Source: Paramoeba atlantica
Lineage: Eukaryota; Protista; Discosea
Reading direction: 5' to 3'
DNA: 64,000 nucleotides
Assembly (NCBI GenBank): GCA_977017575.1
Contig: CDRNVI010000060.1
Coordinates: 62,001-126,000 of the forward strand
Shown here piece by piece: positions 12,634 through 24,189 of this stretch; position 1 is the stretch's first letter, and every line of letters starts with the position of its first letter. The position numbers and the translations under genes are program-made. The notes under the pieces are model-generated. The model was not told where the DNA came from. It saw nothing but the letters and a program-made list of their open reading frames with translations, and did no database searches.

Positions 12634-13529
12634 GTAAAGGAATATACAAGAAACATAAGCATTCTACGTAAAGGAAGGTTTTGTTTATCGTTAACAATTG
12701 TTTCGAGCTATCAACAATTGTTTTGCAAACAATAATCGAAGGCTAACAATAATCGAACTTTTACCCCGCAATAGCAACATTGTACGAGGTGCAACGAAAG
12801 TTCGAATACTGTTAACAATGGGGGGTATGTGGGCAGTCACTGAGTGTCGCTGAAAGTCACTGGCAAACCCTGCCAACCGCCGACGGTCACGAGCATTCGC
12901 TGGAGTGACTAATGACTCTCCAATGACACCTCTTTAGGGTACTACGTAGTTTTGAATTGCCAATCATTGCCATACAGTTTTGTCCAAAACTGAGTTATGG
13001 GAATTGAAGTACGATGTTGGGTGAAATACCATTTACGTGTCCTGTCGACGTTTTGAAAAACTTCTTTGTATTTAGTTTGTCTGGAAAGTACCACCATCCA
13101 GTGACTGAAAGTCTATTGCTTCAATGATATTGTTCCACATACGTATAGTTAAGTATAGTTTCCACATATGTATAGTTAAGCACATCATGTTCCTTTTTCG
13201 GGACGCTAAGAAACCTGACCACGGGGAACAAGCTAATTTAAATTTTACACGAAAAAGAAGAAATTCACTTATAGTTAACTATATTCGAATGTTAGCAATA
13301 ATTGAGCCCCCTTTGCTTCTAGTAATTCTGAAATCATTGTAAGCGGTACAATATTCTAAAATGAAGCCTAAAAAAAGACGTATATTATATTATATTTTCA
13401 CCCCCCGCTCCTACCCCAGTTAGCGCACCCCGCGACGGTACCAATCCTGTACCGCCGCTTAAACTATCTGGGCATTGCCCTTCCGGGTGGCTACTCCCAT
13501 AGGCAACATAAGGTGAGAGAGACATCGGG

Positions 13530-14580
13530 CCCTGTCGGAAGTGTGTGCTCTGGCCACCGGCGAGTGAAACAGAAGAAGCCATCTACAAGGCTATACTGGC
13601 TTCAACAAAGAGAAATTATACGAAACGAGTGTCTGTGTTCACACCTCCTGCGCTTACAATCACTGAGGAGGAGCTCGGTGCTAAGATCGAAGAAATCTTG
13701 GATCGTGTAACAACGAACTATGGATTCTTTTTTGCACGGAGGACGTACTGTGTGTGGAATCGAAGTCACGCCAAAGCTCCTAGAGCGCGCACTTCTCCAC
13801 ATCATTGATCGCCGTGGACATCTTTTGCAAGATGTTCGATCGCGCGCGATCTACTTTGTGGAAGAGGCAGGTCAAGATCTTGGGTCGTTCCTTGAACAAA
13901 ACCCTTTGTTTGCTCCGCGGCGTTCAAGCGAAGTTGCTGACTTTGTGGAAAGTCTTTGGCGTTCTGTTTCCGGAAAACGCTCGCGTTGTTGTGCAAACTG
14001 GCGTCTCCAGCGGAAAAACACTAACATCCGTTCACAGGAGGAGCGTTCTGTCGTAGAAGCGCCAGGACGTTCCGAGACTCCATCCGGCACATACTACCGG
14101 GCGGAAAGCATTCAAACCTCTGATCGAATTGTCTCATCACAAAAGCCCGCAGAGACTGGCTTAAGGAGCATATCCATAACGTGGCGTACGACCCTAAAAA
14201 ACCGGGTAAGTGCGCCAAGTCATAATGTTCACGTTTTCTAGATTACCGCACTACCGATATTTCATAAAAAAGGTATGAATCTTGGTTAGAACATAAAAAA
14301 TGTACACATATTTGCTTTTGATTATCCTTTGATCCAATACAATCTTAACTCAGATTTTTTCTACGCAATTGTTGAAATATGACGCAAGGAAGTTTGGCCG
14401 AGACCGCACTGAGGCCGCACCACACCAAACGAGACCGCACTGAGGCCGCACCGATACATCCCACCTTTATGTAGAGAAGGCGTTCGGATCTCTCCGAAAC
14501 CGCGCGAAACCGCGGCGAAACCGTGCGAAACTGTACCGAAACCGCGCGAAACCGTGCTGACACAGCACCCGCAGCCCCTC
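13530..14580 (+). mobile_element. Unassigned TE copy with frameshifted ORF-X, subterminal repeats and terminal ACCCGCAGCCCCTC
   Basis: ORFs 13545-13808 and 13720-14241 join by a frameshift; GAGACCGC/GAAACCGC repeats 14400-14560; terminal motif 14567-14580. Confidence 0.7.
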
Positions 14581-14709
14581 ACTTTTATAATAAAAGTCTC
14601 AGTCAAGAATACATTATTCCTGTGTTTAAGTGAAGGACACCATCGTACACACATTTGAAGTCTCCGTAAGCTTTCGACGAACCGATAGGTAATTCCTGGA
14701 TTTGCCGAG

Positions 14710-15546
14710 CTACATTTTAACACACTTTGACATGGTCAAAGGGCTGACTTCCAAATTGCCTCCATTTGCACTTAAGTCCATGACCGTCATTGTGGGAGGT
14801 AAGGCATCAAAACCCACTCTGCCCGTAAAAGCGTTGCGACTAAGATTGAGTTTATGCATGGAAGGTGGAAGATTGCGGAGATCTATCTCACCATCGAGTT
14901 TATTTCGAGACAAGTACAAACTTTCAAGTTTCATCGGAAGACATGACAAGTTTATATTCCCAACAAATTGATTTCTGTGAAGGAAGAGATTGACGAGTGT
15001 CTCGGGCAACTTCGTCAAATCCAGGTTTCCTGAGAAATTGTTATACGACAAAGAAAGCACTTTTAATAGAGGAGGAAGCGACGTCAAATCAAGCACCCCG
15101 GAAAACTTTGTGCTCGATGACCAAATCTCCTCCGATGCGTGAGGCAGAGATGTGGCGTCAAATGGTCCGAAGAATGGGTTACTTTGAATATTCAAGAAAC
15201 ATATTTTTGGAGGAAGTACTTGAACGGGAACCGCTCCACTAAGCTCATTGTCTCGGACACGAACTGTACACACGGTGTAAGGTAACCCGCCCCACGTGAG
15301 ATTTCCCGTTAATTGTCTAGCGGACCAATTGATGTTTGTGACTTCATCGTCGGAATTGCAAGTGACACCTGTCCACGTACATGCCTGTGTTTCATTCATG
15401 GTTATCGCTATCGTGGGGGTCATATGCTCAATAAATTGTGCCATCTGGATATCCTGTGAGAGCACGGCTTTTCTCACTTTACCCGGACGTGTGCGAGGAG
15501 GGGTTGAATCCGCAGGTGTAACGTTTCTAAGTTTTAGAGATGGCAT
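14710..15546 (-). CDS. LRR protein (278 aa)
   Basis: RPGKVRKAVLSQD motif plus LRRs; paralogue of the 283-aa genes. Confidence 0.92.
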   Translation of the reverse strand: MPSLKLRNVTPADSTPPRTRPGKVRKAVLSQDIQMAQFIEHMTPTIAITMNETQACTWTGVTCNSDDEVTNINWSARQLTGNLTWGGLPYTVCTVRVRDNELSGAVPVQVLPPKICFLNIQSNPFFGPFDATSLPHASEEIWSSSTKFSGVLDLTSLPPLLKVLSLSYNNFSGNLDLTKLPETLVNLFLHRNQFVGNINLSCLPMKLESLYLSRNKLDGEIDLRNLPPSMHKLNLSRNAFTGRVGFDALPPTMTVMDLSANGGNLEVSPLTMSKCVKM

Positions 15547-16068
15547 TATTACTCAATAAATAATAGTCTGTTACTGTTCTTTTTCAAGAAAAATATATTC
15601 AAAAAGTGACGAAAATGTTTTACTTGCGCATGAATCAAATATAACTCTTACCAGCATTCCATGCATTTCATCTGTTCTAACAAATTCTATACATTAAACT
15701 AACAAAGGCTGGTCATCTCCTTTATGAGCTATAAAATGATTTTATAAAAAATAAAATCCCAAGGGGCGTGCTTGTGAAAGTAATTCAACAAGTGTTTCTT
15801 TGGGTCACTAGTCCATACCTTAGTGAGTACGGAGTGTACGTACGATTTGCGGAGCAGATGCGAGTACGTACACGAGTACGTACTCGCATGCACTCGCTAA
15901 AAATAAATTTTGATGTTGATATTTTTTACAAAGGTCCCAAACATTTTTCATTATTTTAGGAATCTCCAAAGCGTTCGGATAATGTTGGCTTTACAGAAAC
16001 GGTATCTTTATCGTATGAGTAGTTTTTCTACCTTTCTCGTACTCGTAGTGTACTACTACTACTCGTAT

Positions 16069-16199
<131 letters not shown>

Positions 16200-16599
16200 A
16201 CTTTGAATTGCTTAATTTAGAAGTAATTAAACGTAGTAGTACGTATTGCCCAGTAACATTGATATAGCATCGCCTATTGATATATCCTATTGATATAGGA
16301 CTTGCCACTTTTCTTATCTCATAAGCTTCGGGGGGCACGTTGAGATGCTTGCTCATACGCTCTTTGAATTTTATGATGTTGTCATGATATGACTCAGATG
16401 CATATCCGACAAAACTATCGTACACGTACATCACGCACCCTTGGATGTAAACAAGAATGAAATGATATGCGTAGTAGAGGCATGCAAAAATGCCGGCGTT
16501 GGTAATACCTTCTCAGGATAATAACAACGCCACGTTTTTTCAGCCTCGGAAATGGAGCTTGCTTGCCTGAATTGATGCCAGTCTGACCTCTTTCTCTTT

Positions 16600-17325
16600 C
16601 TCTTTTTTTGTTATATTCATCATTTCGAGGCTGAGAAAACGTGGCGTTGCTATTATCCTGAGAAGGTACTACCAACGCCCATGTTGCTAAGACCAAGCCC
16701 ATGTTGCTAAGATTAACATGAAGGAGGCAGGCATTAAGTGCCCCTCTCCTCCTGACCAAAAAAGGGAAATTCTTACTTTTCCCAGTATTCCTGGGAAAAC
16801 AATTAACCCGAGGGATGACCCTCCCAGCACTCCTGAGGATGACCTGAGGGAATATTTCTTTTTGACCATCATGAAGATGAAATGTTTTTGGCGGAGCTAG
16901 GATACGTGAGTTGCAACCACTGTTTTGTTCCATTCAAGACACCACACAAAGGTTGCCTTGATGAACACCAGGATCGGTTCAACCGCATGCATTCTTGGAT
17001 TCGTTCAAGAATCGAGCGTTGTTTCGCTCGTTTCGAAAAATTTCGTTTTTTTCATGGAACGGACCACGATATTACGTGGGTAAAGGATGCCGTTCAGATT
17101 GTATCTGTTGCAGTGTATGGTTTGCTTGCATCAGAACCCCAATACGACTTTGATAGTGAAATAAATATACACTTGCAAAATATCGATGACTCATCTTTTT
17201 GTTGGTGTAGCAAAGGGTGTGGTTTAGTCAAACCGATTGATGAAAGGATGGATTGGCTCAAAGAACACATATACGATGTGGGATATGTTCCCAAGAAACC
17301 ACAGCATGGATCAAAAACTAAATAA
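16600..17325 (+). pseudogene. PIF/Harbinger-type DDE transposase remnant
   Basis: FLAELGY....VPFK......Q.RFNRMHSWIRSRIERCFARF resembles the D.GY/PF/FN..HS..R..IER.F motif of HARBI1-like nucleases; upstream part frameshifted. Confidence 0.7.
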
Positions 17326-17799
17326 AATTAAGTAGCTAGTCGTTTTCCATGAATTGCGAAATGTAAACTACGTAGTCATATCGTATACATGGCTTATAAA
17401 TTTTTGTTATTATCGTATATTATGTACACTATGTATGTCGCACATTATGATTTCTCCTTCGATCTAACTATTTTTCTCCTTCAATGTCTGCAGCTCCGAC
17501 TAATTTCGCATGCTTTCAGAGGATTTTTTTTCAACCCGCGCCGAACCCGCACCGAACCCGCGACCCGCAGCCCCTCACGTATTTAAGTTGGAAGCTAGAA
17601 GCCAAAAGTTGATTTTTCTATTTAAAACATTATAAAAATTGAAGGTTTTGAAAAATGCGAATTTTGCTTTAATTTAAACTTGTTTTCACAAGATACCCCT
17701 TCTTGGAGACGTGACACGCCTCCTAAAACATACGGGTCCTTAAATATACGGATATACTACTAGTATCAATCCTGAAATACACGGATACTGTACCATTGC

Positions 17800-18860
17800 C
17801 CATTGTACAATAACTTTACCTGTAGGGTTATACGAGCCCCTGACAAAATAATGGCTCGCCGTTACTCACTGTGATTCCTGTTCCCCTAACATCATAGAAC
17901 AAGTCACTTGGACCGCGATTCAAATCCAATGTGCCTTCAAGACCAGCGTTGAACTGCGCATGATGATGATATCATATCTTTTAAGATAGAGTTTTTTGAG
18001 GATGTAACTAACTTGCGCATATGACGCTGTTAGGTGCATCCCTTATGCGGACAGTGTCTCTGCATCGCTCCATTGCGGGGAATCACGCTTATGCCATAAT
18101 AAGAAGCTGGAACGGATAGCAGCTCGGGAGAGTGACGCCCGACATTTAGCCCCCAAATCTTCGTCCCCTCCAAACAACCGATTAATATCCGCTGAGGAGG
18201 CTACCAGACCACCTCGTGCTCCAATTTCGAATACGAGGAGGTACGTTTTCGGGTGCACTGTTCGTCGTTCGTGTAATAGGGCGTTATTTCTTTAATCACA
18301 CAGGTAAGAGATCAAAGTCCGCGTGTCCTGTAAACAAGTTATCGTTTATGGGAATGCCATAGAGTCTTGATAGAGTACAAAAATTAGGTGTTCCTGTTAA
18401 TTCATTCCGCCCAACACAGAAATTCCGCAACGTCGACGGAAGAACTTCGAATGGTAGATGACCGGAAAATTGATTACCCGGGCAAGAAAATCTTCAATGG
18501 TTGACGGGATATATTGCCAATTTAACACACCTTTAAATATCAATCTGTATAATGTTGGGAGGAAGAGACGAGAGGTCTACACGACCTTGTAGCTTATTCA
18601 TTGAAAAGTAGATATCAGTCATGGTCCTTGGGAGGTATCGCATTTCGCGTCCTCCATAAAACTCATTGTAGGAGGCAAAAACATTCGTCATATTCTCGGG
18701 GAGGTTTTCCAGTTCTACTTCACCTGATAACGCGTTAAACCCAACACTAAGACTTCAAATGGTACGGGGTAAACCGTTGAACGAGAAATTTCCCCGGAGG
18801 TTTAAAGAACTGCATGCGATCACATCAACATTTCCGGTCTGACTGCAGTTACTTTACTAA
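17800..18860 (-). pseudogene. Chimeric LRR pseudogene fusing copies of the 25901-26524 and 24923-25603 genes
   Basis: 17800-18520 matches about 24900-25330; 18525-18860 matches about 26005-26310; the junction is out of frame and the copy is interrupted by a LINE fragment. Confidence 0.85.
17961..18283 (-). mobile_element. 5'-truncated RLE LINE fragment inserted in the LRR pseudogene
   Basis: ALLHERR..HPKTYLLVFEIGARG...W matches the C-terminus of the other two LINEs; absent from the paralogue at about 25070; ends in (TCA)3. Confidence 0.85.
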
Positions 18861-18872
18861 AAATAAAGAGTA

Positions 18873-19196
18873 CTGTACCCCCCTAGTTATCTGTCGCTGG
18901 GGAACAAGGGGACAATGATGGGGATGTTGAAGGGAATGATGAAGGGGATGACGGAGGGGATAACGAGCTCCGACTTCTGTTTTCCAATTTTGGCCGTAGA
19001 ACTCAACGCAAAACCATTAGCCTATAAGCAGAACAGAAGAAAAATTGAAGTTTTCAAAATTTTATGAATTTTTCATTTTGTTTAGAAAGGCGACAGATAA
19101 GTGGGGGGGGGCGACGAAAAAAATATATTCGAAGGGCCGAAAAGCGATAGATAACTAGGGGGATGGGGGGGTGACAGATAACTAGGGGGGGTACAG
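18873..19196. mobile_element. MITE with about 24-bp TIRs and TA flanks (Tc1/mariner-type)
   Basis: TA|CTGTACCCCCCTAGTTATCTGTC ... GACAGATAACTAGGGGGGGTACAG|TA; another left end at 51123. Confidence 0.85.
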
Positions 19197-19380
19197 TAAT
19201 AAAAGAATGTATTCCTACCCCAATACCTGAATTCACATTCATTGACATCACTACACGCATTGCACCTGTTACAACACGCTCTATACACAATCTACATCTG
19301 TACCTCCTCCATTTTTACACCACACACCAACCCACCTATGCAGCACGCGTACAAAGGTCCGTGCCATCTCCTGTCCCCCC

Positions 19381-22300
19381 CTACACCCCCCCGTCCCCCC
19401 CTCCCCCACCCCCCCCACTCGCCACATACTCCCTCACATCACTCCTCACCCCCGTCACCCGTCCACTCTTCCGGTCCACCTCAAACGTCTTACTCGGCAA
19501 CTGCGCGAGCACGTTCCGGTGGGGCGCCAGCGCGGTGCCGTGGAACAGGGCCAGCGGGTGGTGCCGCCGCACCTCCCACAGCCGCTCCACCCTCTCCGCC
19601 TTCCCCCCCCACGGGACTTTCCCATCCACGGTGGTGACAAAATCCCGGATCTCCTCCGGGGCGTTTCGAATCACCCCGACGGGTCGCCGCTTGTGGGTCC
19701 AGAACCGGCCCCTCTCCGTGAACGCACTCGGGCCGAGACGGTCGCGGAGGTAATGCCCGTCCCGGGGGAACAGCAGGGGCTGGTCGTCCTCCTGGTGGCA
19801 CACAAAGTCCCACGGGGTGTACTTAGGGAAGTAATTCAGCAACAGGTAGTCCTTTCGGTCGTTCGCGGTGAGCCGACGGTAGTTGTCGGCCCGCAGGTTG
19901 TCCCAGCGGTACCAGCCGTCGAGCTCCGCGAGTTGCTTCAGACTCTGCAGGGGGTGACGGTGGGGTGGGGGGGCGAGAGGGTCGAGGGCGTGGGGCTTTG
20001 CGCGGAGGGAGGCTTTGGGGTCCCGCACGTCGAGGTAGCGCTTGAGACCCCCGGAGTGGCGAAGGGTCTCCTCGGGGACGACACGCTCGGGGAAGTCGGG
20101 GGTGAGTTGCCAGAGTTGGACGCGGTCGAGGGGGGGGGTGTCGGGGGCCCCGTCGCGGAGGTAGACCACGGAGAGGGTGGGGCAGGAGGGGGGGTTGAAA
20201 TAGGGTTCCTGAGGGAACTGGGTGACGACGGCGCGCTCGGGGGGACCGACACGGCCGTGGCCGAGGGAGCGGGGGACACAGACCACGTGCCCGCGGGTGA
20301 GGCCGTCGCGGGGGGTGGCGTAGCTCCAGCTCTCGACCCCGGCGTACACGCGCTGTTCCCAGAGGTAGTCCTGGGTCTCGACGTAGTTGAGAACGTTGCA
20401 GGGGAGGGTGTTGGTGCCCCAGTTGAGGTGGAGGTTGGGGTCTGGAGGGGTGTGTTCCAGTGGGGCGTGGTCCCATTCCGATGTCGGAAGGTGCGCTTTT
20501 TTACCGTTTTCTAAAATCACGTGGATATGTCCAGGATGCGTTGCCGCGGCGGCGCTCGTGCTCACCACGTCCGGGTCTTTTCGTGCGAAACAACGTAAGG
20601 AGGGGATGAACTTGCGTTGTTCGAGAATGGAGGTCCACTTCTTCTCGTGTTCCACTGTTTCCAGGGCAACGTACTCGTTGTATCGCTCTCGCTGCTCCGC
20701 ACTGAGGTGGCGTAGAAGCTCTGGAGGTTGTTCATAGCGTAACTGGCACGGTGGGGGCTTAAGAAAGGTCTGAGTCGCTTGACTGCCGTGGTCACCAGCC
20801 TGTACGATGCGGTTTTTCAGAAATGAAATCGACAGCAGTGGTTCTTTGACCGTAACCTCCCCAGAAGTTGATACCTCATCCGGCGGGAGCACTTCCCCAA
20901 ACCACGCACGGAGATGCTCCGCGGAAATCAGCTCGAGATCCGTACGCCTGGGGTCTACAAAACTAGTACGCTCGCACAACGCGTCGAGTTTCGCCCGCCG
21001 CGCATCACGTTCGGGGATGGTCTCGCTTCGCTTTGGCTCGAGGTTGTGAATCAGCGCAAGTCGACGGCGCTGGTAGCCATGCTCGCGGTACCGCACGAAC
21101 AATCCCCACTCCTCCCGGGAAGGTTTTCCACGTGTAAGTACGGGCATCCCAATAACGTCGCTCTTTAGATTAAAAAGTTGAAGATGTTGTCGTGCGGGAT
21201 GTGGCATAAAATATTCCATCGGACGTTCCCCACTTTGGTTCTTTTTTAACCTTACCCGGTCATCAATTTGGGTACGGATCGGGACCCCGAGCCAGGTATG
21301 CTGGGCGTCGGTGACATCACTCTTCCCTAGCGCAATATTTCGCGTGCGTCGATCGACGTCAAACGAGGTCGGGAGCAGAACTTCCATATTCTTCCGCCGA
21401 CCATAGGGGCTGGCATGGGCCGGGTCCCCACCAAACATCCCCCCACGGTAGGCATTCGCGTAGTAACTTGCCGCAGTAAGGTACCGCTCATCATTTTGCC
21501 CACGGCGAAAAGTCCGCTGATCCGGGCCTCCATCCCGCACCAGCGGTCCCTGCCGCCCCAGGCCAAACTCCGAGGCCTTTTGCTGTTCCTCCGCCCTTCG
21601 CTCCGCATCCGCGGCCACGGAACGCTGGCGCAACGTAAAATTTGTCCTGTCCTCCCCCAGCAGCGGGACCCCGGAATCTGGGGAAGACAACAAATTCTCT
21701 TGTGCCCCCCCTGCTCCTTTGATATTCTCCACGCTGGGGAGATAATAACTCCCGAGGTTGGCCTCGGCCTCCTTTCGAGGAGGCGCCGGGCTTAGGGGCC
21801 CGACCGCCGGGGAGCCGTAAAACGCTCTCCCGACCTCTGCCCTTTTTTTATCGTACCCCTGGAACGGGGGGTTCCGGTAGCGCTGGGCGTCGTGGTAGTC
21901 ATACTCCTCCTTGTCTCGGAACCCGTGCAGCTGGTACAGCGTGCGACGGTCCGAGGCCTCCTGGGCCTCCCGCGCGCTGCGGGTTTGGTACGCCGCAAGG
22001 CTTGGACCACTTTGGTGACGTAACACCCCAGGGTCCGTTCTGGAAACATCCCAGGAGGTCGGGGAAGTGGGTGAACCTCCAAATCTTGAGGAAGAGGATG
22101 CACTGGACAAATTTGAAGAAGGCAAACCTAAGGCTTCACCTCTTTGAGGAGATACCCCTCCTGTACTCCCAGGGGTTGCGGTTCCTGTTCTTTCTTTATT
22201 TGTACTTGCCATTGCGTCTCCCAAATTTATAGGGTTGTGGGGACCCCTAAAGGAATCCTGAGGTTGTCTATGACCACCACTACTACGGGGTAACCCCGCG

Positions 22301-22896
22301 TGGGTGAGTTGGTCGTGAAACCATTGAGAGAGATGGGCGGCTGGAGTTGCGGTAGGGGGAGAAGAATGGGAAGAGAAGGGAGAAGAGGGGGAAGAGCTTG
22401 AAAGAGAGGGGGACCCCAACGAGGCGCGTACGCCCTGGGAGGAGAATGGTAGCGGGGTTGTCCCCATTGCACGCCCGGGGGAGGAGGCGGTGTGATCCAT
22501 CGAGGGCCGGGCGGTAGAGATCGATCGTGAGAGCTCACGCTGCTGTGCGGCGAAGGCAGACTGGTGGGACAAATCTACCATGCGTGTGGGATGGGGGTGG
22601 AGACCGGATTCGGGGGGAGCGAGATGGTGGGGGGCACCGAGACGGCCGCCCTCGGTGACCAGCCGCGGGGCGAAGTGAGGGAGCCCGGTGGGGTCACGGA
22701 CGTAGTCCCGGTGCGCGGCGCCCCCTATGGGGTCGTAGGGGAGGAGGTGGGGAGCATCCGGCCGGGTGGGGAGGATGCCAGAGGACCCGGTATGGGGGGC
22801 AGTGGAAGAAGGAGTGTGCCGGATTGCATGCGAGAGCTGACTCGCGACCCCGCTGGTGAAGGTAGAGAAGGAGGCGAGGGGAGGGGTAGAGTGCAT
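19381..22896 (-). CDS. Large hypothetical protein (up to 1171 aa), low-complexity S/P/H-rich N-terminus and globular-looking C-terminal two-thirds
   Basis: 3.5-kb uninterrupted GC-rich ORF on the same strand as the other host genes; no domain recognised; start codon uncertain. Confidence 0.85.
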   Translation of the reverse strand: MHSTPPLASFSTFTSGVASQLSHAIRHTPSSTAPHTGSSGILPTRPDAPHLLPYDPIGGAAHRDYVRDPTGLPHFAPRLVTEGGRLGAPHHLAPPESGLHPHPTRMVDLSHQSAFAAQQRELSRSISTARPSMDHTASSPGRAMGTTPLPFSSQGVRASLGSPSLSSSSPSSPFSSHSSPPTATPAAHLSQWFHDQLTHAGLPRSSGGHRQPQDSFRGPHNPINLGDAMASTNKERTGTATPGSTGGVSPQRGEALGLPSSNLSSASSSSRFGGSPTSPTSWDVSRTDPGVLRHQSGPSLAAYQTRSAREAQEASDRRTLYQLHGFRDKEEYDYHDAQRYRNPPFQGYDKKRAEVGRAFYGSPAVGPLSPAPPRKEAEANLGSYYLPSVENIKGAGGAQENLLSSPDSGVPLLGEDRTNFTLRQRSVAADAERRAEEQQKASEFGLGRQGPLVRDGGPDQRTFRRGQNDERYLTAASYYANAYRGGMFGGDPAHASPYGRRKNMEVLLPTSFDVDRRTRNIALGKSDVTDAQHTWLGVPIRTQIDDRVRLKKNQSGERPMEYFMPHPARQHLQLFNLKSDVIGMPVLTRGKPSREEWGLFVRYREHGYQRRRLALIHNLEPKRSETIPERDARRAKLDALCERTSFVDPRRTDLELISAEHLRAWFGEVLPPDEVSTSGEVTVKEPLLSISFLKNRIVQAGDHGSQATQTFLKPPPCQLRYEQPPELLRHLSAEQRERYNEYVALETVEHEKKWTSILEQRKFIPSLRCFARKDPDVVSTSAAAATHPGHIHVILENGKKAHLPTSEWDHAPLEHTPPDPNLHLNWGTNTLPCNVLNYVETQDYLWEQRVYAGVESWSYATPRDGLTRGHVVCVPRSLGHGRVGPPERAVVTQFPQEPYFNPPSCPTLSVVYLRDGAPDTPPLDRVQLWQLTPDFPERVVPEETLRHSGGLKRYLDVRDPKASLRAKPHALDPLAPPPHRHPLQSLKQLAELDGWYRWDNLRADNYRRLTANDRKDYLLLNYFPKYTPWDFVCHQEDDQPLLFPRDGHYLRDRLGPSAFTERGRFWTHKRRPVGVIRNAPEEIRDFVTTVDGKVPWGGKAERVERLWEVRRHHPLALFHGTALAPHRNVLAQLPSKTFEVDRKSGRVTGVRSDVREYVASGGGGGGGDGGV

Positions 22897-23326
22897 GGGG
22901 GTGGGGTTTTAGTAACCGAAAAGTTTGAATGAATAGCTGTAGATGCGTAATGTTGCGTATTTTGCAGTTCTAAATTTATTTTACGGGTGAAATAATATAT
23001 AGAGGGTTGAAACCTATGAAAGGCAAAACCAGTCAAAACCAGCACAGTCCTCATTGTCATAGCGAAGAAAAGTACTTTGTCAAAAATAGTGAAGAGCATA
23101 CTTCGTCTCCATTGTGCGCTGAACATTTTTGCGCAGAATGTTTTTTTCGCTGAACATTTTTGCGCCCAAAAAATGAAAATTTTGTAAAAGGGTCCGAGGT
23201 CTTGGCGCGCATTTTCCACCCCCCTACCAAGGGGTGACCCCCCCTGGTATCCGCAGGATGGGTCCGCCAAGTTCGAATTTTTTCGGAAAACATTTTTCAA
23301 AGAAAAATCTACTTTGCAAAACAAAA

Positions 23327-23394
23327 GAGGGGCTGCGGGTGAGGCCCAATATGAGCTCACGCGAGATCACACGAGATCATACCCGCAGCCCCTC
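23327..23394. mobile_element. 68-bp minimal element with perfect 14-bp TIRs
   Basis: GAGGGGCTGCGGGT ... ACCCGCAGCCCCTC with internal GAGATCA repeats. Confidence 0.75.
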
Positions 23395-24189
23395 AAATGA
23401 TAAAGAACCTATTGCTTCGAAATCGTTTCGCCTATTGTAATTCAAGAGTTTGGGACCCATACTAGCTTTCTACGTCGTTGTTTTCACAAGATACCACTTC
23501 TTGGAGCCGTGACACACCTAAAATATACTGGTCCTGAAATATACGGATATACAGGGGGTGGCACTTGAACCTGGGGGGTCTAAAGTTTGTAAAATTTGCT
23601 CAAATTTGTAAAACAATAGCGCATTCGAGAGCTCTCTCAGAGTTGCATTCTTTGGCTTATTCGGACCGCGCAAATTAAACGATTTAATCCGGTGATAAAA
23701 AAGCATTATTTTTTTCATTTGAAAATTCGACAAATTTTCTTTTTTCCCTCTTTTTATGCCACAAGAGCAAGTTCGATCGAGGACATCGTGCGGTACTGTC
23801 TGCTCGATCCTATTCTTCCCCGCAATGCTCAAGGAGAGTCATAGAATGCTTTTAGTAACAGACTATGAGCAAACACAGTCTTTCTGTGCCATGCGCCATG
23901 CGGCGACTGGGGATGTCGAAAGTCCAATTCCTTTGCTTACATCTCTTGTTTCCACTCCCCTCCTCAGGGAAACAGCGCAAAAATTAATTGATGACGGTGT
24001 CGGAGAAATGACTTCTATGGCATTCCGTCCTGGCATTCCGTCTATGACTATGGCATTCCGTCCTGGAGAGAGCTATTAAGGGAACTGCATCGACGAGAAT
24101 TTTTGTGTTCTATGCGAACTTTGCGAAGACTACTAAAAAAGGAGATCATTTTACGTGTTGTAGAAAAAGTTCCTTTTTGAACAAAAGCT

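Noticed and set aside
5638-14580. Pack-type transposon carrying LRR genes between a left end at 5638 and right ends at 11543/14580
   Set aside because: No matching TSD for any pairing; the ends may belong to separate copies.
19361-22932. Many overlapping 60-330 aa ORFs on both strands
   Set aside because: Shadow frames of the GC-rich 1171-aa gene.
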